Shown here: positions 1-10,028 of the stretch, piece by piece
Numbering within the stretch: position 1 is the stretch's first letter
How the letters are laid out: each line of letters opens with the position of its first letter
NCBI RefSeq assembly: GCF_025526975.1
Contig: NW_026515689.1
Location: forward strand, 1 to 64,000
Source of the DNA: Fimicolochytrium jonesii
Taxonomy: Eukaryota
Direction: 5' to 3'
Length of the DNA stretch: 64,000 nucleotides
Position numbers and translations under genes: made by a program
Notes under the pieces: model-generated
The model's input: only the letters and a program-made list of their open reading frames with translations
Told to the model about the DNA's origin: nothing
Database searches by the model: none

Positions 1-2985
1 TCCCGCCTCCCAAATTGCCAGTTGTCTTAAGCGTAACCGCGTTTCACTGCAGATTGCGTCACTTGTCAGGTGTGGATTGGCAGTAACTTCCACCCATGCG
101 TTGCTTTTTTTTATCGCAAGTGCACCGGTCAATTCGGTTGCTTGACTCCCACTTTTTAAAATGGTACGTGATGTTGATTATCAGCCCAAAGAGTCGTCGG
201 CACGTCAATCTCCGATTTAAGGACTCGAAGAGAAGTGCGAGGTAGCATGAGAAACTGTTCTAGGTCGACCACACCCGTGTTCTCTGGGCGGACCCGCCGG
301 CCACGTGGCTAAAGAACGGCATTATCGTCGTCCGGCCGTCTTCCAGATAAAGGACGACACCTAGTACAATTACCATGCGGACAACTGGAAGGGGGTTACT
401 TCATCAGCCGCGGCGATGTAGCGCACTTTACTGTAAATAAGTGCGTGCCCAGGGATTCTTATTAGGGCTAGGCAGGCGGTTACGATAGCACATTAGATTT
501 TGAAGTACGATATTGTAGTCTTTTCCGAGTCGGAGTTTTGTATCAAGTACGCATCGTCGTCTTAATACACGAATTTTGCAACTACATCGAGCACCTTTTT
601 CATCATCAATTGGATTAGCACACGCGCCAATTCCAACACCTACGTCTCCCTATCCGAAATATGAACATGAATACCGTGAACAAAATCAGACCCATTTTGA
701 TCAACTTGATCCGCTTCGAGCACGAGTCCACCAGGTAGTCTGTCATGGCGTTTGCACATCACGACAACATGCATGACCCAATCCTCACTCGAGCAAACTC
801 TGGAGAGATTTGCCATGAACGAATTAGGCTGGGCCTGGGGGTTCTGACAAGGCAAGTACCATGGTATTCCAGCCAAATTCTTCCTGAACCTGGCCTCCGC
901 AGCTGGCGTTGACGTGCCGGCTACAGGTTGAGATTCCCCACCGGGACTTTTCGCGATTCTTCTGGCCGCTGTGGTGCCAGGAACTTTTGCCAATTGCTTA
1001 GCGTGACCCGTAGGATGCGCAGTGCTATGAGTAAGTCGAAGCCATTTGCTTCCATGATGAATGGAGATTCATGGCGCCCGCTTTGCAGCAAATACAATAT
1101 TTATGGAATCTTGAGAAACGTTTTTTGAACATGTAGCATTCCGTTTACTACATCTTCAAAGTAAGAGGCAGATAATCATATACCCTACAAAGCCACAGGT
1201 GAAAGCGAGAAGTAAGAACGAAATTAGAAGTAGACAACAACGAGGTCATATGCCTACCAATGTGGTGGTGCTAGCTCGTTAGGGTGTTAATGTTTAATTG
1301 CTAAGGGTCATCAACCCCGCAGTCTTCCTTCTTTACGCGCTCGGTACTTTCCGGAAGTGAACGGTTGAATCCGCTAATGTCATTGGTCGACTTTGTTTGA
1401 GTGGTGAGTGAGGTCGACGGATTGACCGTCCACACCCCACCCGTGGCAGCCAGAATATAGCTCGGAACCAGCAGGACCGTGTAGCCTGGCGGCACATAAA
1501 ACAATGTCTGACCTGTTGGGCAAGTCACGGGCGAACGGACTTGTGAATTGGAGGTCTGTTGGAGGGACATGGGTTGTCAACCGTTCGAGGGAGAATATCT
1601 CTGTCGGGTCGGTCATGCGCGTGCGTAGGCGGACAGGTGAACATGCGGCACTGGGGAGTAGTAGTGACCTTTAAGGTCGAACGCTTACAAGACGAGGAGA
1701 CATAATCAGCAAGGTGCGAGCAATCTCTTTGCAAGTTTCTTTCAGGTCGCATCTCATTCCTTCTGACGTTGCCACGCGTGCACTTTCCGACAGCGCGTCC
1801 CATCAAAACGATTGTGTGTTCGCCGTCACATGCCAAACCCAGCAGCTCAGCAGCTACACATCTCAAGACATCTCAGTGTAATCAGCATTACGTCCTAAGC
1901 TACGCATCAGGGCTATGACCCAAGTTGCAGATGAATAACATACCAGTTGCAGTAACATCACTTTAATGCCTTCCCGAACTTCCTAGCTTGTGAAGTGGAG
2001 GAACTGACGTTGGAGATACCTGCGCGAGCGACGGTAACTTACGTCCGGAGATTAGTGAAAAACCAAAGTTCATGTAGCGCAATCAAGAAGGTCGAACAAG
2101 GAGCCAGCTCTAGCAATTTGTCGATTTTCTCTTTTGCGTCCTTCTGTCATTCAATTTCCATCCGGAGGGAGACTGGGAGGTTCTGTCATTGAAGATATTA
2201 CCGACGCTCCCTTTCTGACGGTCACACTTCGTTAATGGTGAATAGAAGGAACATTATCACGCACTTGCTCCCCCTGATCGACCTAACCGATTTCTTTCAC
2301 GACGGAGTGCTGGGGAAATGTCATTTAGCCTAGTAGGGAGTTCGGGACCACTCGTAATATAACCTAGAACTAATGGGTCATCTTAAAAGACAGTCTCGAC
2401 AACGGTTAATTACCGGAAGACTCATCACGGCCCGATGAAGCTGTCATTTGAACGGATCGGCTCCCATAGTAGTGACGCCTCGCACCTTTTCACCACGATA
2501 TGCACTAGTAAGCCGAACGGGTCTCAGTCATCCAAAATCTTGAGTTGGGACCTCTAACTTTCAAAGGAAGTGGATTGGGGTCAGCAGCAACAACTGGAAG
2601 AAATCAGTGCAGGAACATGGCATCATTCAAATCCTGCTAAACTGTGACGGTACCGCATGATAGCAGCGGAGGCAGAAGTTGCAGCAGAAGAAATCACTTA
2701 CCTCATTTTCAACATCCTGTAAGGTGCACTTTTTGATATCCCTTCCCCTGGACGAGCTGCTGTTGGACTGTTCGATTTATCAAAGGCAATCTCGCATCTG
2801 TACTTTAATCTACATGTAGTACATGTTGCCGCTTTGCCATGGCGCATAATCCAAGATTATCCAAATCCAAGTCCAATTACAGCCAGCCCATGTTCAATCT
2901 GTGTCCTTCAAAATGAGACGTATCCCACAATGAGATCCCAAGAAAAAAAACCGGCCGCGAAAAGGTGAGTACAGGTGGCACATGG

Positions 2986-3011
2986 CCTAACCCTAACCCT
3001 AACCCTAACCC
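2986..3011 (+). repeat. Interstitial telomere-like repeat (CCCTAA)~4
   Basis: cctaaccctaaccctaaccctaaccc read directly. Confidence 0.9.
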
Positions 3012-3242
3012 ATTTTCTTCATGGTCCTCTCCCCAGCCCAAGATCCTCCGACAATTGCCAAACTTTTTTCCACAGAATGCACTGGCACTGTTGCCCTGCA
3101 GCTGGAAGAGCTACGACCACTGCCGGCATGGCCAGGCGTGGTATTCACTGCCGGCATGGCCAGGCGTGATGGTTAGCTTGACTTTGGCTGGGCAGCATTC
3201 TGCCATTGCTTTTTGGAGGCGCCGGTGCCGGTGGCCCTTGGT

Positions 3243-4341
3243 ACTTCCGCAATCGCTTGAGGGGCAGCCTGGATTTGGGCACTCGCGTTGCGCTTTTGAT
3301 GTCACTTTGAGGTATGTGAGCGATAGCGAACGGCGAGCGGGGAGAGCCCAGTGTGATTTCGCGCTGCAGCGAGGTGCCGAGCGTCAGCCAAGGGCGAGCG
3401 GAGCGAGTGAAGCGAGCACCACACTGCGCCCAAAAGCGGAAGACTCCCTCATCTACTTCCACCACCCAACCAACAATGCAACTGACTCCCTCCCATCCCT
3501 CACATCAGAACAACAACAATAGTCCGCGAAGCCAACGCGCGCGCCGCCGAAACATCCCTCACATCCGCAATTTGCCGGCCCCAACATGCACAACAACAAC
3601 AACAACAACAAGAGTATCAGAAACTCGAATTCGATCAGCCGATCGCACCTGTGCCAAAATACGCGGAGAATGTGAACGGGACCCCGGTATCGGTCGTGCT
3701 TACTTATGATGATGTGGATGATTAGTGGGTGGGATGGGTGTGAGAGGAGTTGGGAAGGGTGGGAGTGGGGAAGTTGGGCACTCTGTCTTTTGTTCTTTCC
3801 TGCTCTGTGCAGGGCAACTATCGTGAAGGGCGTAAGGCCGAGCGTGAAGGGCGTAAGGCCGAGTGTGAAGGGCGTAAGGCCAAGCGTGAAGGCTGTAAGG
3901 CCGAGCGTCAACAACCCTAACGGGCTTTGCTTCCGTCTATTCTCCGCCACGCCGTCGGGGGAACGATTTTCGCCCCACGCTGTACTAGTCAGCCCTCAAT
4001 GGATTTTGGGGAGAAATTTGTCCCCCGCACGTCAAACCGGAACGTGCCTGGGAACCGTGCCCCGTCTATTCTCTGTATAGGCGCTGGCTCTTGGAACGTC
4101 GCCGCGGCTTTGACACTCTCATGGTGATTTGTCTGGGGAATGGAGTGTACATGAGTTAGTTGGGGTGAAATAGATAGCAGGCAGCGTGGGCATGGGAGTG
4201 GGAGTGGGTTGGTAGAATGGGGCCAGCGCGAGTGCCCAAATCCAGGCTGCACCTCAAGCGTTTGCGGGAGTCCAGAGAGCGTCCCGAGAGCGTCCCGCGA
4301 GTGCCCTAATCCAGGCTGCACCTCAAGCGATTGCGGGAGTC
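3243..4341. repeat. ~45-bp motif, one copy on minus (3243-3288) and two on plus (4226-4272, 4296-4341)
   Basis: CGCGAGTGCCC(A/T)AATCCAGGCTGCACCTCAAGCG(A/T)TTGCGG(G/A)AGT; a diverged fourth copy lies at ~12290-12337. Confidence 0.85.
3822..3908 (+). repeat. 21-bp minisatellite, ~4 copies
   Basis: CGTGAAGGGCGTAAGGCCGAG repeated in tandem. Confidence 0.9.
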
Positions 4342-4460
4342 GAGAGCAGTCATGCTCAACATGGGCCGCGAGATCAGCGTATAGCAAGCGCGCCCAGGCA
4401 GCGCATCCCATGCAGGTTGACCTCCCGCAAGCGGCGGTCGTGCTCAGCATGGGCCGCGAG

Positions 4461-4991
4461 TGTTAAGAATGGGCAGAGCCGACGGAAATAGAGGCGACTT
4501 GTGGTGCAGGTTGTTAACAGGTAATGGTATTCAGACCGAAACAAGAACTAGAACAAGACTAGGAAGAACTGGTGTTGATCTGCTGGGGGATCAGGAAGTG
4601 GGGAGCTCAGGGGAGGCGGCTATTTATGCTTTTCTGGGAAGGCTGGGGAAGCGTGGGGAAGCAGAAGGGTACGGAATGAGAGGGAAGCCAAGAGAAGCGC
4701 CAAGGGTGGGGGAAGCATAGAAACAGAAGACTGGGGATGGGGTGGCTACGCTGAGGCTGTGGGCGGGTACGTGGGGAAGTATGAAGAAGGGTTTGTAAGC
4801 GCCGAGTGTTGGGAGGTGTGGCTACGTGCGGCTGCGTGGAGAAATGAAGGCAGTGGCGGGTGTGGGGTAGCGCGGCTGCGTGCGGCTGCGAGGTTTGGCA
4901 GATGTCAGGTTTTGACAGGGAATTGACATTGACTGACTGTTGGGATGCTGTCATGAGGTAAGCGCATGGTATGGACGCGTCGTCCATAACA
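4461..4991 (-). repeat. 3' LTR (531 bp)
   Basis: Direct repeat of 8876-9405 with a few substitutions and a 1-bp indel. Confidence 0.95.
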
Positions 4992-5003
4992 TCACCCCCT
5001 CCT

Positions 5004-7703
5004 TTAGCCACGGGGTCCGGATGTTGTTTTGATGTTGGCAGGCTTTGGTCGGGGTTTGTCGGGGTACTTTTGGTGGAACTGGGCAACAAGCTCTTGACAG
5101 CGGGCAAGGTGTTCCACTGGCTCCCATGTGTTCTCCGAGCTTGGCCAACCCTGCCACTTGATGAGGTACTGAAGGTGCGTGCGTCGAATACGGGAGTCAA
5201 GAATATCTTCCACAATCCATTCCTCCTGTCCTTCGACTTCTTCTGGTGGGGTGGGTTCTGGCTCAGTTCGCTCCGGAATGGTGAAACGTGGTTCAAGAAG
5301 GGAGACATGGAAGACGTTGTGAATTTTGTAGGATGGGGGAAGCTTGAGGCGATATGTGACCGAGTTGATCTTCTCTGTGATTGTGAAGGGGCCAATCTTA
5401 CGGTGATCAAGTTTCTGGGAAGGTCGGAGAGTCTTGAGATTCCGCTGTAAGAGCCAGACACTGTCCCCGGGTTTCATGTCTGGGCCAGGTGCCCTCTTAG
5501 CATCGGCAAAGCGCTTCATGCGTCCTTGGGCCTCCTTGAGCTCAGTGGCAAGCTGTTCATGGATTTCCTTGAGATGGTTGGCACGAGCTTCGGCTGCAGG
5601 ATTAAGGGATTCGGTTGTGGTGGCGGAAGCCAGACTGAATCGAGGATGGAACCCATAGTTGGCGTAGAAGGGGGTTGTCTGGGTGGCGGAGTGGATGGTG
5701 TTATTGTAAGAGAACTCAGCAGAAGACAAGAGTTCCTTCCAGTTATCTTGTTGATAGTTGCAAAAGCAGCGAAGGTATTGCTCAAGAATCTGATTGGTCC
5801 GCTCGGTTTGTCCATCGCTCTGGGGATGGAACGCCGATGAGAGGTTGACCTTGGTTCCCAGGAGAGCGAAGAGACGTTTCCAGAAGTGGGAGTTGAACTG
5901 TGGGCCACGGTCAGATACAATATTGTCGGGGAGTCCATGGAGCCGGATGACATGGTGCCAGATCAGATCTGCAGTTGACTCAGCGGTGGCAGTTTTCCTG
6001 CACGGTACAAAGTGCGCCATCTTGGTGAACCGCCAGATGACAACGAGCACAGAATCAACCCCATCACTGGCGGGTAGATCCGTGATGAAGTCCATGGAAA
6101 TTGACCCCCAGGGGCGGTCAGGGACCTGCAGGGGTTGGAGGAGTCCGTAGGGCTTGTGTCTGCTGGTCTTGGCTTGAGCACATACGTCGCAGGACCTGAT
6201 GTAGGACTTGACAAAACGCCACTGGCTAGGCCACCAGTAGTTGCGTGAGATGAGCTCCAGGGTCTTTGACATGCCGTAGTGTCCTGCCAAACGCGTGTCA
6301 TGCATGTCCCGGCAGATCTCAGCACGGAGCTTGTTGGTGGGGACGTAGACAAGGTTGTCGTACAGCAGAACCCCATTTTCCTCGGAGAATCGCTTTATCC
6401 GTTCTTGGTCTTCTTGAGATTGCTGGGCAATGGGGGTTCTAAGCTGTCGCCGGATGGTTTGCGCAAACACATCGGATGCCAGGGCAGCTTTGATTTGGTC
6501 AAGGAGCGAGGAGTCCAGTGGGGTCAGATAAGTGGCGGCCAGGCGGAGGTGGTCAGGGGTGAGGATCGTGGTTTCCTGGGAGCGGAATGCTTCTTCCCCC
6601 TCCCTTAGCTCGTATTCAGAGCGACGAGAGAGGGCGTCAGCTTGGTGTTGCTGGGTACCAGGGCGGTATGTGATGACAAAGTCGAAATCAGCAAAGAAGA
6701 TTGACCAGCGGGATTGGCGGCGGTTGAGGGTACGGGTAGTCATGAAGTACTGGAGGTTCTTGTGGTCACAGTAAACGATGACCTTGTGGCGGGCTCCAAT
6801 GAGGTGGTGTCGCCATTGAGCAAATGAGTCTTGGATAGCCAGGAGTTCCTTGTCGTAGATCTCATAGTTGATTTCCTCAGGAGTAAATTTGCGGGAGTGA
6901 AAGGCCACGGGGTGGAGTTGATCTGTGTCGTCGGGTTGAAGGAGGACGGCGCCAAGGGCAAAGTCGGAGGCATCGGATTCGACAATGAAGGGCTTGTCAG
7001 GGTCGGGGTGAGTCAGGATAGGTGCGGAGGTGAAGGCTTTCTTGAGGGTTTCAAAAGCTAGGTGTGCAGCGTGGGTCCATTTGAATGGCAAGTCTTTGCG
7101 AGTGAGCGTGGTCAGGGGTGCAACAATCGCAGAGTACCCTTTGATGAATCGCCGGTAGAAGTTGGCAAAACCAAGGAAGCGCTGGATGCCTTTGACATTC
7201 GTCGGGGGTTCCCATTCGGTAATGGCAGCCGTCTTCTTTGGGTCCATGGAAATGCCTTGCTGGGAGATGATAAACCCCAGGAACTCAACAGAGTCACGGT
7301 TGAATTCGCATTTTTCCGGTTTCGCATACAGCCCGTGCTGGCGGAGTCGTGAGAGCACCTCTCGGACGTGGTTGGGGTGGTCTTCTGGGTTTTTTGAGAA
7401 GATCAGAATGTCGTCAAGGTAGGCCACAACAAAAACGTCGAGAATGTCACGGAATATGTCGTTCATGAGGTGTTGGAATACTCCAGGGGCATTGGTGAGC
7501 CCAAACGGCATGACATTATACTCGAATAGGCCGTAGCGACATCGGAACGCTGTCTTCCATTCATCCCCTGGCCGGATCCGAAGAAGGTTGTAGGCTCCCC
7601 GGAGGTCAATCTTGGTGAGCCGGCGTGCCCCTCGAAGACGATCCATGATGCTGTTAATCAAGGGCAAGGGATAGCGATTCTTGATGGTGATATTGTTGAG
7701 TCC
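5004..7703 (-). CDS. pol: Pol polyprotein, N-terminally truncated (partial RT, RNase H, integrase, chromodomain)
   Basis: GLNNITIKNRYPLP, YLDD RT motif, ESDAS RNase H, HHCC integrase zinc finger, SMDF/SDRG/QTER D,D(35)E core, GPF motif, chromodomain EEWIVEDILDSR...YLIKWQGW. Confidence 0.95.
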   Translation of the reverse strand, partial: GLNNITIKNRYPLPLINSIMDRLRGARRLTKIDLRGAYNLLRIRPGDEWKTAFRCRYGLFEYNVMPFGLTNAPGVFQHLMNDIFRDILDVFVVAYLDDILIFSKNPEDHPNHVREVLSRLRQHGLYAKPEKCEFNRDSVEFLGFIISQQGISMDPKKTAAITEWEPPTNVKGIQRFLGFANFYRRFIKGYSAIVAPLTTLTRKDLPFKWTHAAHLAFETLKKAFTSAPILTHPDPDKPFIVESDASDFALGAVLLQPDDTDQLHPVAFHSRKFTPEEINYEIYDKELLAIQDSFAQWRHHLIGARHKVIVYCDHKNLQYFMTTRTLNRRQSRWSIFFADFDFVITYRPGTQQHQADALSRRSEYELREGEEAFRSQETTILTPDHLRLAATYLTPLDSSLLDQIKAALASDVFAQTIRRQLRTPIAQQSQEDQERIKRFSEENGVLLYDNLVYVPTNKLRAEICRDMHDTRLAGHYGMSKTLELISRNYWWPSQWRFVKSYIRSCDVCAQAKTSRHKPYGLLQPLQVPDRPWGSISMDFITDLPASDGVDSVLVVIWRFTKMAHFVPCRKTATAESTADLIWHHVIRLHGLPDNIVSDRGPQFNSHFWKRLFALLGTKVNLSSAFHPQSDGQTERTNQILEQYLRCFCNYQQDNWKELLSSAEFSYNNTIHSATQTTPFYANYGFHPRFSLASATTTESLNPAAEARANHLKEIHEQLATELKEAQGRMKRFADAKRAPGPDMKPGDSVWLLQRNLKTLRPSQKLDHRKIGPFTITEKINSVTYRLKLPPSYKIHNVFHVSLLEPRFTIPERTEPEPTPPEEVEGQEEWIVEDILDSRIRRTHLQYLIKWQGWPSSENTWEPVEHLARCQELVAQFHQKYPDKPRPKPANIKTTSGPRG

Positions 7704-7912
7704 CTACTCGAATGGTGAGGATGGGCCCAAAATCCGCATGGGTGAGGGTATCTCAGATCGGAGATTGACATTGTTGGTGGTCAGGAGAAGGGTGTTGCTG
7801 GAGATGCCAGGATCGGAGCAAGGTTTTGTGGCTTCTCCCTTGGCAGTACTTGCGTGGTGAGAAGGCCCAGGACAGGTGTTGCCCAGCTGCTCGGCCTTTA
7901 CTGCAGCTGGAC

Positions 7913-8845
7913 TTAGGCAAAATCCTGGATGGGTGCAGGTTCCTTAACCGCGACATTCGCCGTGCGTATCTTGTTTGGGCAGAGTTTGGCTATGTGGCCA
8001 GGTTTACCACAATAGAGGCAAAGTTTGTTTGTGATGCGGTGTTGGCGCTCTAGCGGTGTGAGGGGTCCTCGCGGACGAGCAGCGTCAATGGCCATAGGGT
8101 CGTCTGGGCGGTTGTCGGGGCTCATGAGGGTGGGGCTAGTGGTAACTGGCACATATGGCTGTCGGTTCCTGCTTCGCTCTAGACGGCGCTCAAACAATCG
8201 GTTGTCACATTGGATGGCCTGTTCCATCACGGTGTCGATTGAGGCGGTAGGGGGCATCGTGAGCATTAAGTCCTTGACGTCTTCTTTGAGGCCGCGACGG
8301 AAGGTGGCAATCAATGCCTGGTCATTCCACGACACATCGCATTGCAGCTGTCGGAATTCAGCTACATACTCTGTTGCTGCACGGGTTTGTCGAAGGTTCT
8401 GGAGCTTGTTTTCGGACGTGCGGATCCTGTCGCTGTCTCCAAAGACTGCTTGCATTTGCTGGATGAAATCATCCAGGTTCGTAAGGGAATGATGGTCTTG
8501 TTCGACAAGGGGCGCCAGCCAGGCCTGGGCGGTGCCAGTGAGGTAGGTGCCAATAGTTCGTATCTTGGTCTGATCGTTGGGGTAGCGCCTGGGTTGGAGG
8601 GCGAACATGAGCCGGATCTGGTTGAGGAACCCACGGAACTTGCTTCGGGTGCCATCAAATTTGTCTGGGAGACTGATTTTGGGTTCGGGGGCGTGGGTGG
8701 CAGGGGCAGTGGTCTGGGTTTGCGCTAGTTCGGCTTGTAGGGTGGTATTCTGTGCTCGAAGTTCGTCAATCGCATTGCACATGGCTTGCCAGGCTTCGGC
8801 CGTGAGGGGAAGGGCGTCGGACATGGTGATTTGGCGTGGAGGCAC
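7913..8845 (-). CDS. gag: Retrotransposon Gag
   Basis: EPKISLPDKFDGTR capsid-like region, PMAID motif, CLYCGKPGHIAKLC CCHC zinc knuckle; the start may be the ATG at 8824. Confidence 0.93.
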   Translation of the reverse strand: MPPRQITMSDALPLTAEAWQAMCNAIDELRAQNTTLQAELAQTQTTAPATHAPEPKISLPDKFDGTRSKFRGFLNQIRLMFALQPRRYPNDQTKIRTIGTYLTGTAQAWLAPLVEQDHHSLTNLDDFIQQMQAVFGDSDRIRTSENKLQNLRQTRAATEYVAEFRQLQCDVSWNDQALIATFRRGLKEDVKDLMLTMPPTASIDTVMEQAIQCDNRLFERRLERSRNRQPYVPVTTSPTLMSPDNRPDDPMAIDAARPRGPLTPLERQHRITNKLCLYCGKPGHIAKLCPNKIRTANVAVKEPAPIQDFA

Positions 8846-8875
8846 AGCGGCTGGGGGTTGTTGAGCAGATCAAAC

Positions 8876-9405
8876 TGTTAAGAATGGGCGGAGCCGACGG
8901 AAATAGAGGCGACTTGTGGTGCAGTTGTTGACAGGTAATGGTATTCAGACCGAAACAAGAACTAGAACAAGACTAGGAAGAACTGGTGTTGATCTGCTGG
9001 GGGATCAGGAAGTGGGGAGCTCAGGGGAGGCGGCTATTTATGCTTTTCTTTGAAGGCTGGGGAAGCGTGGGGAAGCAGAAGGGTACGGAATGAGAGGGAA
9101 GCCAAGAGAAGCGCCAAGGGTGGGGGAAGCATAGAAACAGAAGACTGGGGATGGGGTGGCTACGCTGAGGCTGTGGGCGGGTACGTGGGGAAGTATGAAG
9201 AAGGGTTTGTAAGCGCCGAGTGTTGGGAGGTGTGGCTACGTGCGGCTGCGTGGAGAAATGAAGGCAGTGGCAGGTGTGGGGTAGCGCGGCTGCGTGCGGC
9301 TGCGAGGTTTGGCAGATGTCAGGTTTTGACAGGGAATTGACATTGACTGACTGTTGGGATGCTGTCATGAGGTAAGCGCATGGTATGGACGCGTCGTCCA
9401 TAACA
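8876..9405 (-). repeat. 5' LTR (530 bp)
   Basis: Direct repeat of 4461-4991; TATA-like CATAAATA at 9042-9035 on minus. Confidence 0.95.
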
Positions 9406-10028
9406 GCGAGCCCAGGTGGTCAACACAGGCGCCCACGGCTACACAGCAGCCACTCACCTCGTCGGTGCTGAGCGTGCTCAGAGAGTGCTCTGCGTGAGTT
9501 GCCGGGCTTGAGCTGGAAGGAGGTGGGCGTTGGCCAGGGGGGTGAGGGGGCTGTCGTCCGCTGCGAGCGCTTGACGTTTCCATCCTCAGAGTGTGCTCTG
9601 CGTGAGTTGCGTGAGCTGCGAGCGCTTGACGTTTCGTGTGAGAGGAGGAGAGTGTGGTCTTGGAGATGCGGCGATCAGCAGTGGACAAGCCAAAATCAAC
9701 CTCAGAAGCTACCCTAGCTGCCCAGCTAGCTGCCCTGGAAGCTACCCCATCCTTTACACGCGTGTAAAAAACCTGGGGATCCTCACTCTACTCTTCCTCA
9801 CTGTTCGCGCTCCTCACGCTCTTGATTGCACCTCATCATGGCCCCCAATTACATACCAACCAATTGAGAGCAGTAAGCATCCCCGTTTTCACCTTCAACC
9901 GCCGCCAGGTAACAACCGCAATTCCTCACCGTTCTCAGCTTCATTACCACAGCACTGACGCGAGTTCTTTGACACACAGCTATCACGGCAATCACCTGCA
10001 ACACCTGTCTCGGCACAGCACAGCCATC

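Larger units (their letters stand above)
4461..9405 (-). mobile_element. Ty3/gypsy chromoviral LTR retrotransposon (Tf1/sushi-like), internally deleted
   Basis: Near-identical TG...CA LTRs at 4461-4991 and 8876-9405; 5-bp TSD GCGAG (4456-4460, 9406-9410); PPT AAAGGAGGGGGTGA next to the 3' LTR; gag plus RT-RH-IN-chromodomain ORFs. Confidence 0.97.

Noticed and set aside
1..2960. Short ORFs and splice-like signals at the window start
   Set aside because: No recognisable domain or consistent exon chain; possibly a decayed gene
2986..3011. True telomere or chromosome fusion point
   Set aside because: Only ~4 units, one orientation, ordinary sequence on both sides
3822..3908. CRISPR-like array
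   Set aside because: Head-to-tail minisatellite with no unique spacers; eukaryotic context, no cas genes
4226..4341. Repeat translating as ECPNPGC, resembling the Fanzor zinc-finger CPNPEC
   Set aside because: No nucleotide or flanking protein similarity to the Fanzor exon; likely coincidence
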